Positions 18,862-27,353 of a stretch of DNA of 47,980 bases are shown here, piece by piece; position 1 is the stretch's first letter; the number at the start of each line of letters is the position of its first letter. The notes below the pieces were generated by a model. It worked only from the letters and a program-made list of their open reading frames with translations. It had not been told where the DNA came from and searched no databases. The translations under genes were made by a program, and so were the position numbers. Source of the DNA: Bacteroidota bacterium (lineage in GTDB: Bacteria; Bacteroidota; Bacteroidia; UBA10329). Location: the NCBI GenBank assembly GCA_046047575.1, contig JBJOHR010000094.1, forward strand, positions 1 through 47,980, in the 5' to 3' direction.

Positions 18862-20162
18862 TGAGTTATTCAGAAACGCTGGATTACCTGTTCAGCCAGT
18901 TGCCCATGTATCAACGACAAGGGGCCACTGCCTTCAAAAAGGATCTTACCAACACCTTGGCACTTTGCAAACTGCTTGGTGATCCACAACAGAAATTCAA
19001 GAGTATCCATGTTGCCGGAACCAACGGGAAAGGATCCGTCAGTCACATGCTGGCTTCCGTTTTTCAAGCTGCTGGTTACAAGGTTGGGCTTTACACATCA
19101 CCTCATCTCAAGGATTTCCGAGAGCGGATCAAGATCAATGGTGAGTTGATATCTGAAGGATCGGTCATTGATTTTGTAGATAAACACAAGGACGACTTTG
19201 AAAACATTCAACCTTCCTTTTTTGAAATGACAATTGCATTGGCTTTTGACCATTTTGCTAAGAATGAGGTTGAGATGGCCATCATCGAAGTCGGTTTGGG
19301 AGGAAGGTTGGACAGCACCAACGTCATTACACCCGAACTTTCCGTCATTACCAATATCGGTTACGACCATCAGCAATTCTTGGGCGAAACATTGCCTGAA
19401 ATTGCTGGGGAGAAAGCCGGCATCATCAAAACCAATGTGCCGGTTATTATTGGGGAATTCCAGCAAGAAGTAGCTGGGGTTTTTGAACGGAAAGCACGTG
19501 AAACTAACAGCCGTTTGCGCTTCGCTGACCGCGAATGGGAAACCCGTGATGTGGAATTGATTTCAACGGCAGTGGATGATTATTCGTTGAAATTGAGTGT
19601 ACGCCATTACGATGGCTTGGAACTGGAATTTGAAGGTCAGTTGACGGGACCGCACCAGAAGAAAAACCTCATCACCGTGTTAGAAACCGTCCGCACGCTG
19701 AGCGATATGGGTTGGAACGTTACACGCGACCATTTCAAAGAGGGCGTGAAAACCGTGGTTGACCGAACAGGATTGATGGGTCGCTGGCAGATCCTGCAGC
19801 GCAACCCATTGGTAATTGCCGATACGGGCCACAACAAGGAAGGACTGCTTCCCAACCTCCAGCGGCTTCTCGCGAACCGAAAACCTGAACAACTTCATTT
19901 TGTTTGGGGAATGGTAAACGACAAAGACGTTGTGGGGACGTTGAAACTGCTTCCTCCAGCGTCTAGCTACTACTTCTGTAAACCAGATGTGCCACGGGGC
20001 TTGGATGTCTCCGTTCTAGTTGATAGAGCATCGGAACTAAACTTAAAGAACTCGTCCCATGCGTGCGTTCAGGATGCTTTACAGGCGGCCGTTGCAGCGG
20101 CTAAGCCAACCGAAATAGTTTATGTTGGCGGAAGCACATTTGTAGTAGCAGAGGTGGTATGA
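18861..20162 (+). CDS. folC: Bifunctional folylpolyglutamate synthase/dihydrofolate synthase
   Basis: IHVAGTNGKGS, GLYTSPHL..FRERI, IEVGLGGRLDSTN, EKAGIIK, GRWQ and DTGHN motifs. Confidence 0.96.
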   Translation: MSYSETLDYLFSQLPMYQRQGATAFKKDLTNTLALCKLLGDPQQKFKSIHVAGTNGKGSVSHMLASVFQAAGYKVGLYTSPHLKDFRERIKINGELISEGSVIDFVDKHKDDFENIQPSFFEMTIALAFDHFAKNEVEMAIIEVGLGGRLDSTNVITPELSVITNIGYDHQQFLGETLPEIAGEKAGIIKTNVPVIIGEFQQEVAGVFERKARETNSRLRFADREWETRDVELISTAVDDYSLKLSVRHYDGLELEFEGQLTGPHQKKNLITVLETVRTLSDMGWNVTRDHFKEGVKTVVDRTGLMGRWQILQRNPLVIADTGHNKEGLLPNLQRLLANRKPEQLHFVWGMVNDKDVVGTLKLLPPASSYYFCKPDVPRGLDVSVLVDRASELNLKNSSHACVQDALQAAVAAAKPTEIVYVGGSTFVVAEVV

Positions 20163-20193
20163 TTTTTCTTCTTGCAAATTTGAAATCCTTCTT

Positions 20194-20201
20194 TACATTT
20201 G
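20194..20201 (+). promoter_or_regulatory. -7 element (TACATTTG) of tRNA-Val
   Basis: Exact TAnnTTTG 13 nt upstream of the tRNA. Confidence 0.7.
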
Positions 20202-20214
20202 CAGCCCCGAATTC

Positions 20215-20292
20215 GGGAAATTAGCTCAGTTGGTTCAGAGCACCTCGTTTACACCGAGGGGGTCGGGGGTTCGAATCCCTCATTTCCCACCA
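20215..20292 (+). tRNA. tRNA-Val (anticodon TAC), CCA encoded
   Basis: Acceptor stem GGGAAAT/ATTTCCC, D arm GCTC/GAGC, anticodon arm CCTCG-TT TAC AC-CGAGG, T arm GGGGG-TTCGAAT-CCCTC and 3' ACCA. Confidence 0.97.
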
Positions 20293-20296
20293 AAAG

Positions 20297-20325
20297 AAAA
20301 GCCTTCCAAATTGGAAGGCTTTTTT
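20297..20325. terminator. Bidirectional intrinsic terminator (tRNA-Val / desaturase)
   Basis: AAAAGCCTTCCAA-A-TTGGAAGGCTTTTTT. Confidence 0.85.
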
Positions 20326-20338
20326 GTTTCTATCCGGT

Positions 20339-21223
20339 TCAGGACCGGAAACCGTAAACCAGCTGTTTCCAGAAGCTGTGAACCGGGAATTTTTCTATTC
20401 CTGGAAATCCGATCCTGTACGAACCATCTTGGCTCTGCGGCACATAACTGGTGCGGAAAACATAATCCCAAAGGCTAAGGCTGATACCGTAATTCATGCC
20501 ATGCGGATGTTCTTTCGGAAGGTCATAAGCGTGATGATATAAGTGCATCACCGAGTTGTTAAAAATGTACTTGAGCGGTCCCCAAGTAATACGAACATTG
20601 GCATGATTGAGGTGCCCAATGGTGATAGCAACAAAATGAATGAAGAACGCCTGCTCAGGTTCGAACCCGCCAACAAGCATGACCGCAATCGTTTTCAACG
20701 GCTTGTAGAACACGTTTTCCATCCAATGGTAGCGCAAGTGAGCTGCAAAACCCATTTCCTCTACGGAGTGATGCACTTTGTGAAACCTCCAAAGAATTTC
20801 ATATCGGTGAAGCAGCACGTGAGTGAACCATTGTACGAAGTCGTTCAGAATAAAGAAGATGAGAATCTGCGCCCAGCCCGGCAAGGCGGTAAAATCGAAG
20901 AAACTCAAGGAGGTCATGGTTATTCCGAACAGACCGAACGAATGTTCGAGCACAGCATAAAGCCCGGTGATCATCAACCCGAAAATGAAGAAGTTGAAGT
21001 ACATGTAAAAACCATCCAACCAGAAATCCTTTCGGATGATCGGCTGGTTCTTCCGCCAAGGAAAGGCCATTTCCAATCCCCAAACGATCAAAGACAGCAC
21101 CGTTAGTCCCCAGAAATAATTCTGGTACCATGGTTTATAGTCGTAATTGAAGGTTACTTCACTTAGAATCCAACCCCAGTAATTACCTACTTCATCAACT
21201 ATTATTTGAATCACTTCGCTCAT
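20339..21223 (-). CDS. Sterol desaturase / fatty acid hydroxylase superfamily membrane di-iron enzyme
   Basis: Histidine boxes HVLLH, HKVHHS, HLNHAN and HLYHH, plus NYG....WD. Confidence 0.88.
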   Translation of the reverse strand: MSEVIQIIVDEVGNYWGWILSEVTFNYDYKPWYQNYFWGLTVLSLIVWGLEMAFPWRKNQPIIRKDFWLDGFYMYFNFFIFGLMITGLYAVLEHSFGLFGITMTSLSFFDFTALPGWAQILIFFILNDFVQWFTHVLLHRYEILWRFHKVHHSVEEMGFAAHLRYHWMENVFYKPLKTIAVMLVGGFEPEQAFFIHFVAITIGHLNHANVRITWGPLKYIFNNSVMHLYHHAYDLPKEHPHGMNYGISLSLWDYVFRTSYVPQSQDGSYRIGFPGIEKFPVHSFWKQLVYGFRS

Positions 21224-21897
21224 TTTGCTCCTGATAAGTTAACTCCTTTCCGTATAACTGTGCTTCCCAATGCTATCAACCAGACCACTTTAACGTAGAA
21301 CACGGGTTTGTACACTTCATAATTGTCATGTATGAACATGACAAGGCCCATAGCGGTCAGTCCTAAAACAATGGTGAAAATGCTCAGCCATTTATCAGTG
21401 ATGTTGAACTTGAGAAGGCCCGCACCGAGTAACACCAGACCCGCACCGGAGAACACCTTTCCGAACCGAGACAGGCAGGTTATGTAATGGGTTATTGGCA
21501 AAATGCCGTCCATGAACTGCTGAATCTCTTCTGGCGATTTATCCATTGTCATGCCGATGCCCCAAGCTCCGAATGAGTAGTAGAAGGCCGTGGCAAGTGC
21601 AGAGACGAACGTACCAACGATCAAGACCCCCGCTCCGGAAGTGGTGATGGCACGGAATGGTTCTTTGAACGTAATGGCCGCCAAACCAACAATACCAGCT
21701 CCCATACCTACCCATCCGAAAATGTGCATTCTATAAAGCCAGATCCAAGGCCAAAAGTTCTGGTTTATGGCGGTAAAGTCAGACGGTACCAGATACTCGC
21801 CTGAATGGTGTGGCAATAAGACCCAGCCGATGACAAGCATGAGAGCACCGGCTATCAGCGCCCAACCAGTGAATTTAGTTTCAAAATCGTTTTTCAT
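21220..21897 (-). CDS. Hypothetical integral membrane protein (about 6 TM)
   Basis: Multiple hydrophobic segments and a 4-nt ATGA overlap with the desaturase. Likely start ATG 21897 (MKNDFET). Family not recognised. Confidence 0.7.
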   Translation of the reverse strand: MKNDFETKFTGWALIAGALMLVIGWVLLPHHSGEYLVPSDFTAINQNFWPWIWLYRMHIFGWVGMGAGIVGLAAITFKEPFRAITTSGAGVLIVGTFVSALATAFYYSFGAWGIGMTMDKSPEEIQQFMDGILPITHYITCLSRFGKVFSGAGLVLLGAGLLKFNITDKWLSIFTIVLGLTAMGLVMFIHDNYEVYKPVFYVKVVWLIALGSTVIRKGVNLSGAK

Positions 21898-21955
21898 TTC
21901 CGTGATGGTTTTAAAAGAAAAGCTAACGAAGCTATCTGCTGGAAGATGAAAAGAT

Positions 21956-21971
21956 TGTGACAATAGTTACT
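21956..21971. promoter_or_regulatory. Putative Crp/Fnr-type operator 1 (TGTGACAATAGTTACT)
   Basis: Imperfect palindrome 21 nt upstream of the -7-like TAGCTTCG (21927-21934, minus strand). A related site lies at 24608. Confidence 0.55.
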
Positions 21972-21976
21972 GTGGT

Positions 21977-22879
21977 CTACGGTGCAGCTTGCTGATGACT
22001 CCATTCTATCCAAGAACCATCGTAATTTTTAATGTTACGATAGCCCAAGAGCTCTGTAAGAACGAATAGTGTATGCGCAGAACGAACACCAGAATGGCAA
22101 TACGTGATGATTGGTTTTGTGCCATCAATTCCAACAGCATTAAAATTTGACCTGAGTTGATCGGCATGCAGAAACTTCTGTGTTCCGTTGAAATCTACTG
22201 CCATGGCCCAATCCAAATTCAATGCATTTTCAATATGTCCTCCATAGGCCGCACCTTCTTTGAGTTCCCCGTTGAATTCCTGTTCGCTTCTTGTGTCCAG
22301 TAGAACAAAAGCATTAGAACCAAGATTCGAACGTAGGTAGCTTATAGAAGCATAAATTGACGAATCAGGCTGCGAATGAAACTGGTAATTGCTTGGCGTA
22401 TGACTTACTTCCGCATTTGTCAACTGCCTATTTGCAGCCACCCAAGACCTCAACCCACCATTAAGAAGCTTTACGTTAGGATGGCCGTAAAGCTTCAAGA
22501 TCCACCAAAGCCGGGCGGCATCGCACTCAGCCTTGTCATCATAAATAAGGAGAGTGTCTGCAGGCTCAATCCCCAGCTTGCTGAGCAATAACTCCATATG
22601 AAGTTGAGTAGGCATCATACCTCCGTACGGATACGCGGTATCAGTAATATCAGTCCGCCAAACGTTCTGCGCTCCCAGTATGTGGCCTGAATCGAATTCT
22701 TCGGGTTTGCGCAGGTCAATGAGTTTCCATCGCGCAGCGGAATTGATCACATCTTCAACTTCTGCAAGACTTTCAACTGAGGCATATTCTGAAATTGTTG
22801 ATTGCGTCTGTTCCGAATTGCCGCATCCATTCAGAAACAGCGATGCGAAAATCAGCAAGCCGCTAATCTTCCAACTCAT
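21977..22879 (-). CDS. Tandem-domain rhodanese/sulfurtransferase, predicted lipoprotein
   Basis: GHILGA, AARLWW, LNGG, LLDTRS..EF, GHIENA, active-site loop YCHSGVRS and YDGSWIEW. From ATG 22879 the N-terminus reads MSWKISGLLIFASLFLNG-C, a lipobox. Confidence 0.9.
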   Translation of the reverse strand: MSWKISGLLIFASLFLNGCGNSEQTQSTISEYASVESLAEVEDVINSAARWKLIDLRKPEEFDSGHILGAQNVWRTDITDTAYPYGGMMPTQLHMELLLSKLGIEPADTLLIYDDKAECDAARLWWILKLYGHPNVKLLNGGLRSWVAANRQLTNAEVSHTPSNYQFHSQPDSSIYASISYLRSNLGSNAFVLLDTRSEQEFNGELKEGAAYGGHIENALNLDWAMAVDFNGTQKFLHADQLRSNFNAVGIDGTKPIITYCHSGVRSAHTLFVLTELLGYRNIKNYDGSWIEWSHQQAAP

Positions 22880-23339
22880 ACCAATCAATATTGGTAAGCG
22901 GTTGCCTTCTTCCTGCTTTTTCGGGTGCATAGTATTTGGCAAGGTAATCCAGAATGAGTGGTTCTGCTTCGCCCAGATCCCAAAGGTTCTGCGTTTCCTG
23001 CATCCATCTTATCATGGTAAGCCAACCTTCTCGGGTAGCCCGATTCTGCGTTACCATTTGGGCAGAATGACAACTTGTGCAATTGTTGATCACCAACTGT
23101 AGGTTCTCACCTTCCTTGAATCCGGTAGCGAGGTGAATTCCGTTCTCGTATTCAGGAACGGGTGCTTCTGCAACAACCGTTGGCGCTTCGGTCTTAACTT
23201 CAAAGTCGAGTATCGCAGGGTTGAGCATATAGTAAACGAGTGAAAAAACACCGGCCACTAACAACAACACCAAACGGGTCACAGTTGCAATGTGTCCGTG
23301 AACTTCATCAAGAATTTTCTGCCGTTCTGGATCGACCAT
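22863..23339 (-). CDS. Membrane-anchored monoheme cytochrome c (SorB/SorU-like)
   Basis: N-terminal TM helix, single CTSCH heme motif and W..MIRWMQETQNLW segment. Directly downstream of the sulfite oxidase gene. Confidence 0.85.
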   Translation of the reverse strand: MVDPERQKILDEVHGHIATVTRLVLLLVAGVFSLVYYMLNPAILDFEVKTEAPTVVAEAPVPEYENGIHLATGFKEGENLQLVINNCTSCHSAQMVTQNRATREGWLTMIRWMQETQNLWDLGEAEPLILDYLAKYYAPEKAGRRQPLTNIDWYELED

Positions 23340-23340
23340 C

Positions 23341-24564
23341 TTACTTGATCTTAACCGCAATACGATGACAGGCGTTGTTCAGATATCCTTTCGGATTCCA
23401 TGCCGGCAATACCATTGGTTGTGCGTTTCCAGAACTGTCTGTGGCGCGAGCCCAAACCTCGTAATAGCCATCCTGCGGAAAATCTACTTTGGCACTGAAA
23501 TGTTGCCAAGCCGTTCGATTTGCGGGTTTTTCCAGATTGCATGATCTCCACGTTGAACCAAAATCGATGGAGTATTCCATTTTGCTCACTTCCAGATCAC
23601 CGGCCCAAGCGTGTCCGCGTATATTGAGCGTTTTGCCTTTGTCAAGCATGGCGCCTGTTTTCGGATATGTGATCAACGATTTCACAGGCATTGATTCGAT
23701 GATGCACATATCTTCATCTTTCACTTTATCGCCCGGAGCAACAGGCTTGCACGGCACGCGGTAGCTTGGAGATTCCATCTTGGGGCCATCGTGAACGATA
23801 TTCCTAACAGCAATTCTCTTTAGCCATTTACCAGAAACGGATGCCGGCCAACCACCAATTACCAATCTCAATGGATAACCATGCGCCAAAGGAATTTCTT
23901 CGCCATTCATCTTAAAGGCAATGAGTGTTTCATCTTCCATTGCCTTGTTCATTGGAACACCTCTGGAAATGACCACTTTTTCTGGGTTTCCCGTAAGGTG
24001 AACGTCTGCTCCGTAATAACCGATGTAAACTGCATTGCTTTTGACGCCAACATCTTTCAACACATCTGCCAATCGCACGCCCGTCCATTCGGCACACGAA
24101 ACCGCACCATATTCCCATTGATTTCCTTTGGCCGGTGGATTGAATTCCTTCCTGCCGTTACCTCCACACTCTATGGTCAGCTGATATGTGTGCTGCGGAA
24201 ATTTGGTCTTCAGTTCTTGAAGTGTATATGTTTTTGGCTTCGAGACCGATTCTCCATCAATGGTAAGCGTCCATTTGTTCACATCTACATCTTCCGGAAT
24301 CAATCCGTTGTTTCGGATGAACATCTTTTCGTTCGGAGTCACTTTATCGTCCAATAAATGTGGAGCAGATTCGATGTTCCACGGTTTATTGTTGAGCACT
24401 ACCATGTCCTTGTGCTTTTTAAACATGGCGTAAGGGTCGCCATCCTGAAGAATAACCGGCACATAATCCTTGGGTAGGTTGTTGCCAAACACGATGCGTG
24501 ACCCGATAAGTGCTCCCAGCGTTGCTATTGACGAGCGCTTGATAAAGTTCCTTCTGCTTTTCAT
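23341..24564 (-). CDS. Molybdopterin-dependent sulfite dehydrogenase/oxidase (SorA/SorT-like), Tat-exported
   Basis: Tat motif SRRNFIK, FIRNN, Mo-ligand Cys in ECGGNGR, WTGVRL, HGYPLRL, SGKWL and a C-terminal dimerisation domain (RATD..G..QP...WNPKGY.NN). Confidence 0.92.
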   Translation of the reverse strand: MKSRRNFIKRSSIATLGALIGSRIVFGNNLPKDYVPVILQDGDPYAMFKKHKDMVVLNNKPWNIESAPHLLDDKVTPNEKMFIRNNGLIPEDVDVNKWTLTIDGESVSKPKTYTLQELKTKFPQHTYQLTIECGGNGRKEFNPPAKGNQWEYGAVSCAEWTGVRLADVLKDVGVKSNAVYIGYYGADVHLTGNPEKVVISRGVPMNKAMEDETLIAFKMNGEEIPLAHGYPLRLVIGGWPASVSGKWLKRIAVRNIVHDGPKMESPSYRVPCKPVAPGDKVKDEDMCIIESMPVKSLITYPKTGAMLDKGKTLNIRGHAWAGDLEVSKMEYSIDFGSTWRSCNLEKPANRTAWQHFSAKVDFPQDGYYEVWARATDSSGNAQPMVLPAWNPKGYLNNACHRIAVKIK

Positions 24565-24607
24565 GACCAAATAAACACGCAAATTATCGTTAGCAATTTA
24601 GCCCTTC

Positions 24608-24623
24608 TGTGACAAGTGGCACA
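24608..24623. promoter_or_regulatory. Putative Crp/Fnr-type operator 2 (TGTGACAAGTGGCACA)
   Basis: One mismatch from TGTGA-N6-TCACA. Lies 21 nt upstream of the -7-like TAATTTGC (24579-24586, minus strand). Confidence 0.6.
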
Positions 24624-24715
24624 CTTAAGACCACGATCAAGAAAGAGCATGATTCCTCAAAGGAAGCTCGCAACGAATTCAAACGGTCTGATCGGTCTGG
24701 GGGATTTCGACCTTA

Positions 24716-26485
24716 TCAATGCACAATGAGCGGAGTCGATTCTCTTCTCGCCCCATCTGTCAATACAATCGAATATGACCCAGCACCGAGCGAAGCTGTG
24801 CTCAAGGTCATTCGGTTGCTGATCTCATCAGTCCTCCACGTTCTAATGACCTGACCATTTGACGAAACCAACTCCAACACCGCTTTCCCTTTTACTTCAA
24901 ATCGTTCATCAAACTCAACCACTACCTGATCACCGGTCGGGTTCGGGTAAACCAACATCAATCTATCATCCATCGGGTATGTTCTACCCTCTGTTCCGAG
25001 CGGGTTGGAAGAGTGATACAAACGCACACAGCCCATCTTGTTTCCATTTTCATCAATGGCACACAACATCACCGAATCGCGGCCAAAGAACTCCATTGTA
25101 CCAAAGCTATCGGAGAAGTTGTTATTATCAACTCCATTCCCGCCTCCATTCCACAGGGAGTCGATGGTACCATAACTGTAGCCAATAAGGTCTATCACCG
25201 AATCTAAACTGTGATTGAGGTAACCTTCATCATGCGATGCCAGTCCACTGGCGCTCAATTCAGGAAGGCCGGCATTGGTTCCATCGTCCACCATGGAACT
25301 GTGGCTATCGCCAGAAATGACTATCACGTCCTTTATCTCGTTCTCTTCCACAAAATCCAAAACACCATTCAGGTCGGCAGGATAGGCGGCCCAGAGGTAA
25401 GCCAGACTCCAAGCGTATTCGACCAAAGCGGGGCTTAAGACCTGTAATTGAATGGCAATGTTGAGAAACTGCGTGAACCGTTTGTTGAACATCACGCTAC
25501 TGCCTATCACCTTCCAGTCGGCCGTAGAATTCTGCAGACCATTGAGCAGCCATTGGCGCTGCGGGGCACTCATCAGACTGTGCTCTGGTCCAGGCTCAAA
25601 TGAATAGGTGTTAGACTCCGGGTGATAAACGAAAGGGTCGTTCTGTGGCGTTGCCGGATTTCTAAGATCCAGCATGAAGAATTCAATGTTGCCCAATTTG
25701 AATGAATGGTAAATGCCAACGCTCGTATCAACAGCCTCATAACCGGGAAAATGATCGAAATAGCCGCGTATGGCACCAGGAATCACCGCAGAATCGAACT
25801 CAATGGTCTGTATATCATAAAAGAAGGAATCAGGAGCCAACTCAACCGCATTGATCTGTGGAAACGTGTTTCCCTGATTGCCATTGTGACAGTAAGAATC
25901 ATCGTACACGTAATCAATCGCAGTGTTGTTCAGAACGAACCCACTCATGTTCGGGTCATTGTATCGCCAAGAAAAAGCATTGGCTATACGATCTGGGTAA
26001 AGGTTGTAATCCCAACCGAAAGGAGTTGGAGGATATCGCCAATCGCCCAAATGAATGAACAGCATGGGGTCGAACGCTTTTATGTGACCGAAGAGCGGAA
26101 AATTCTCAAAGTAGTTGCACGAACCTACCACAACCTTATAATGCCCCAACGCACCTTCTTCTGGAAACGAGGTGAAGTTGTAAACGGAATCCTGCAGCTG
26201 ACCATTTATCACAAATCGATAGTAGTACTCTTTGAACGGCTGTAAGCCCGGAACATTGGTAACAACCATTGAGAATTGATCGGAGCGCGTGCTGTCTGAA
26301 ACAAGGAATGAGGTTGAGAAAGACGCCAAGGTATCGAGTTCAATTTCGAATTCGGTAGGAACGTTTGTCCGGACATAGATGCGGGCCGATTCTGACGTAA
26401 CTCCTCCAACTACAGGGCCAGATGTGATCTGTTGGGCCAGAACGGTACATGGAAAAAGAAGAGCAATGAGGAGGAATTGTTTCAT
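24716..26485 (-). CDS. PhoD-family alkaline phosphatase/phosphodiesterase with T9SS type A C-terminal sorting domain
   Basis: Sec-type signal peptide, GPVVGGVT N-domain, GSC, HLGD..Y, YDD, MLDLR, Q..WL..L...TADWKVIGSS, SGDSH and CTD LVYPNPT...GSYSIVL. Confidence 0.8.
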   Translation of the reverse strand: MKQFLLIALLFPCTVLAQQITSGPVVGGVTSESARIYVRTNVPTEFEIELDTLASFSTSFLVSDSTRSDQFSMVVTNVPGLQPFKEYYYRFVINGQLQDSVYNFTSFPEEGALGHYKVVVGSCNYFENFPLFGHIKAFDPMLFIHLGDWRYPPTPFGWDYNLYPDRIANAFSWRYNDPNMSGFVLNNTAIDYVYDDSYCHNGNQGNTFPQINAVELAPDSFFYDIQTIEFDSAVIPGAIRGYFDHFPGYEAVDTSVGIYHSFKLGNIEFFMLDLRNPATPQNDPFVYHPESNTYSFEPGPEHSLMSAPQRQWLLNGLQNSTADWKVIGSSVMFNKRFTQFLNIAIQLQVLSPALVEYAWSLAYLWAAYPADLNGVLDFVEENEIKDVIVISGDSHSSMVDDGTNAGLPELSASGLASHDEGYLNHSLDSVIDLIGYSYGTIDSLWNGGGNGVDNNNFSDSFGTMEFFGRDSVMLCAIDENGNKMGCVRLYHSSNPLGTEGRTYPMDDRLMLVYPNPTGDQVVVEFDERFEVKGKAVLELVSSNGQVIRTWRTDEISNRMTLSTASLGAGSYSIVLTDGARRESTPLIVH

Positions 26486-26496
26486 GATGGATAGAA

Positions 26497-26546
26497 CAAA
26501 CTTACGCTACGGTGGTTCGCAAACTGTTATCGAAGCGCTAAATTCG
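26497..26546. promoter_or_regulatory. Divergent -7 elements: TAAGTTTG (minus, 26497-26504) and TAAATTCG (plus, 26539-26546)
   Basis: Consensus and one-mismatch matches within a 65-nt divergent intergenic region. Confidence 0.5.
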
Positions 26547-26550
26547 CCCA

Positions 26551-27333
26551 ATGTCTCATTTCTGGCGCGCCAAGCAATTTGCCAAATACCTGACCGTAGC
26601 CAAAAACCGGCATGGGATCCACTCCCCTTTCGTGTATGAATTACTCGATTCGGTCATTTACGATAAGACAGAATTTGAGGAATATTCCAAAGTTGAAGCA
26701 ATACGGCAAGCGCTCTTAAGGCGACCAGATGAAATAAACATTACCGATCTGGGTGCGGGTTCAATCGTCAATCGTTCCAAGCGAAGAAAGGTGGCCGACA
26801 TTGCAAAGAATTCAGCAAAGGGAGGAAAATGGGGCGAACTGCTTTTCCGATTGGTACGGCATTTTGAACCCCAAACAATGATCGAGCTGGGGACTTCTCT
26901 TGGTGTTGGCGGTCTGTACCAATCGCTCGGCAACCCGAATGGTAAACTGACCACATTTGAAGGCTGCCCCAACACAGCGGCCATTGCCAGAGAACAGTTC
27001 GATCAGGCGCATGTGAACCCTACGATCATCGAGGGCGACTTTGACGATACACTTCAGCCGTATCTCAACTCCATCGAAAAACTGGATTGGGTGTTCATTG
27101 ACGGCAATCATCAGAAAGAACCCACTATCCGTTACTTCGAACAATGCTTGGAAAAATGTCATCATGATTCGGTGCTGCTTTTTGATGATATCTATTGGAG
27201 CAAAGGAATGGCCGAGGCCTGGGCGAACATCAAGGCGCATAAGCGTGTTACGGTTACGCTCGACCTTTTTCAGGTAGGAATCGTTTTCCTCCGGAACGGA
27301 CAGGCCAAACAGGATTTTGTAATACGGTATTGA
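26551..27333 (+). CDS. Class I SAM-dependent methyltransferase (O-methyltransferase/Methyltransf_24-like)
   Basis: HGIHSPFVY, IELGTSLG, TFEGCP, FIDGNH and FDDIYWS motifs. Confidence 0.85.
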   Translation: MSHFWRAKQFAKYLTVAKNRHGIHSPFVYELLDSVIYDKTEFEEYSKVEAIRQALLRRPDEINITDLGAGSIVNRSKRRKVADIAKNSAKGGKWGELLFRLVRHFEPQTMIELGTSLGVGGLYQSLGNPNGKLTTFEGCPNTAAIAREQFDQAHVNPTIIEGDFDDTLQPYLNSIEKLDWVFIDGNHQKEPTIRYFEQCLEKCHHDSVLLFDDIYWSKGMAEAWANIKAHKRVTVTLDLFQVGIVFLRNGQAKQDFVIRY

Positions 27334-27353
27334 CCTTACTTTAGCCCTTCGAA

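Noticed and set aside
20230-20542. Short ORFs overlapping tRNA-Val and its terminator
   Set aside because: They overlap a clear tRNA, a terminator and the desaturase 3' end, and are spurious.
20215-26500. tRNA-Val-anchored genomic island or prophage carrying the sulfur genes
   Set aside because: No integrase or transposase is present, and I found no duplicate of the tRNA 3' end (attR) by eye. Adjacency alone is insufficient.
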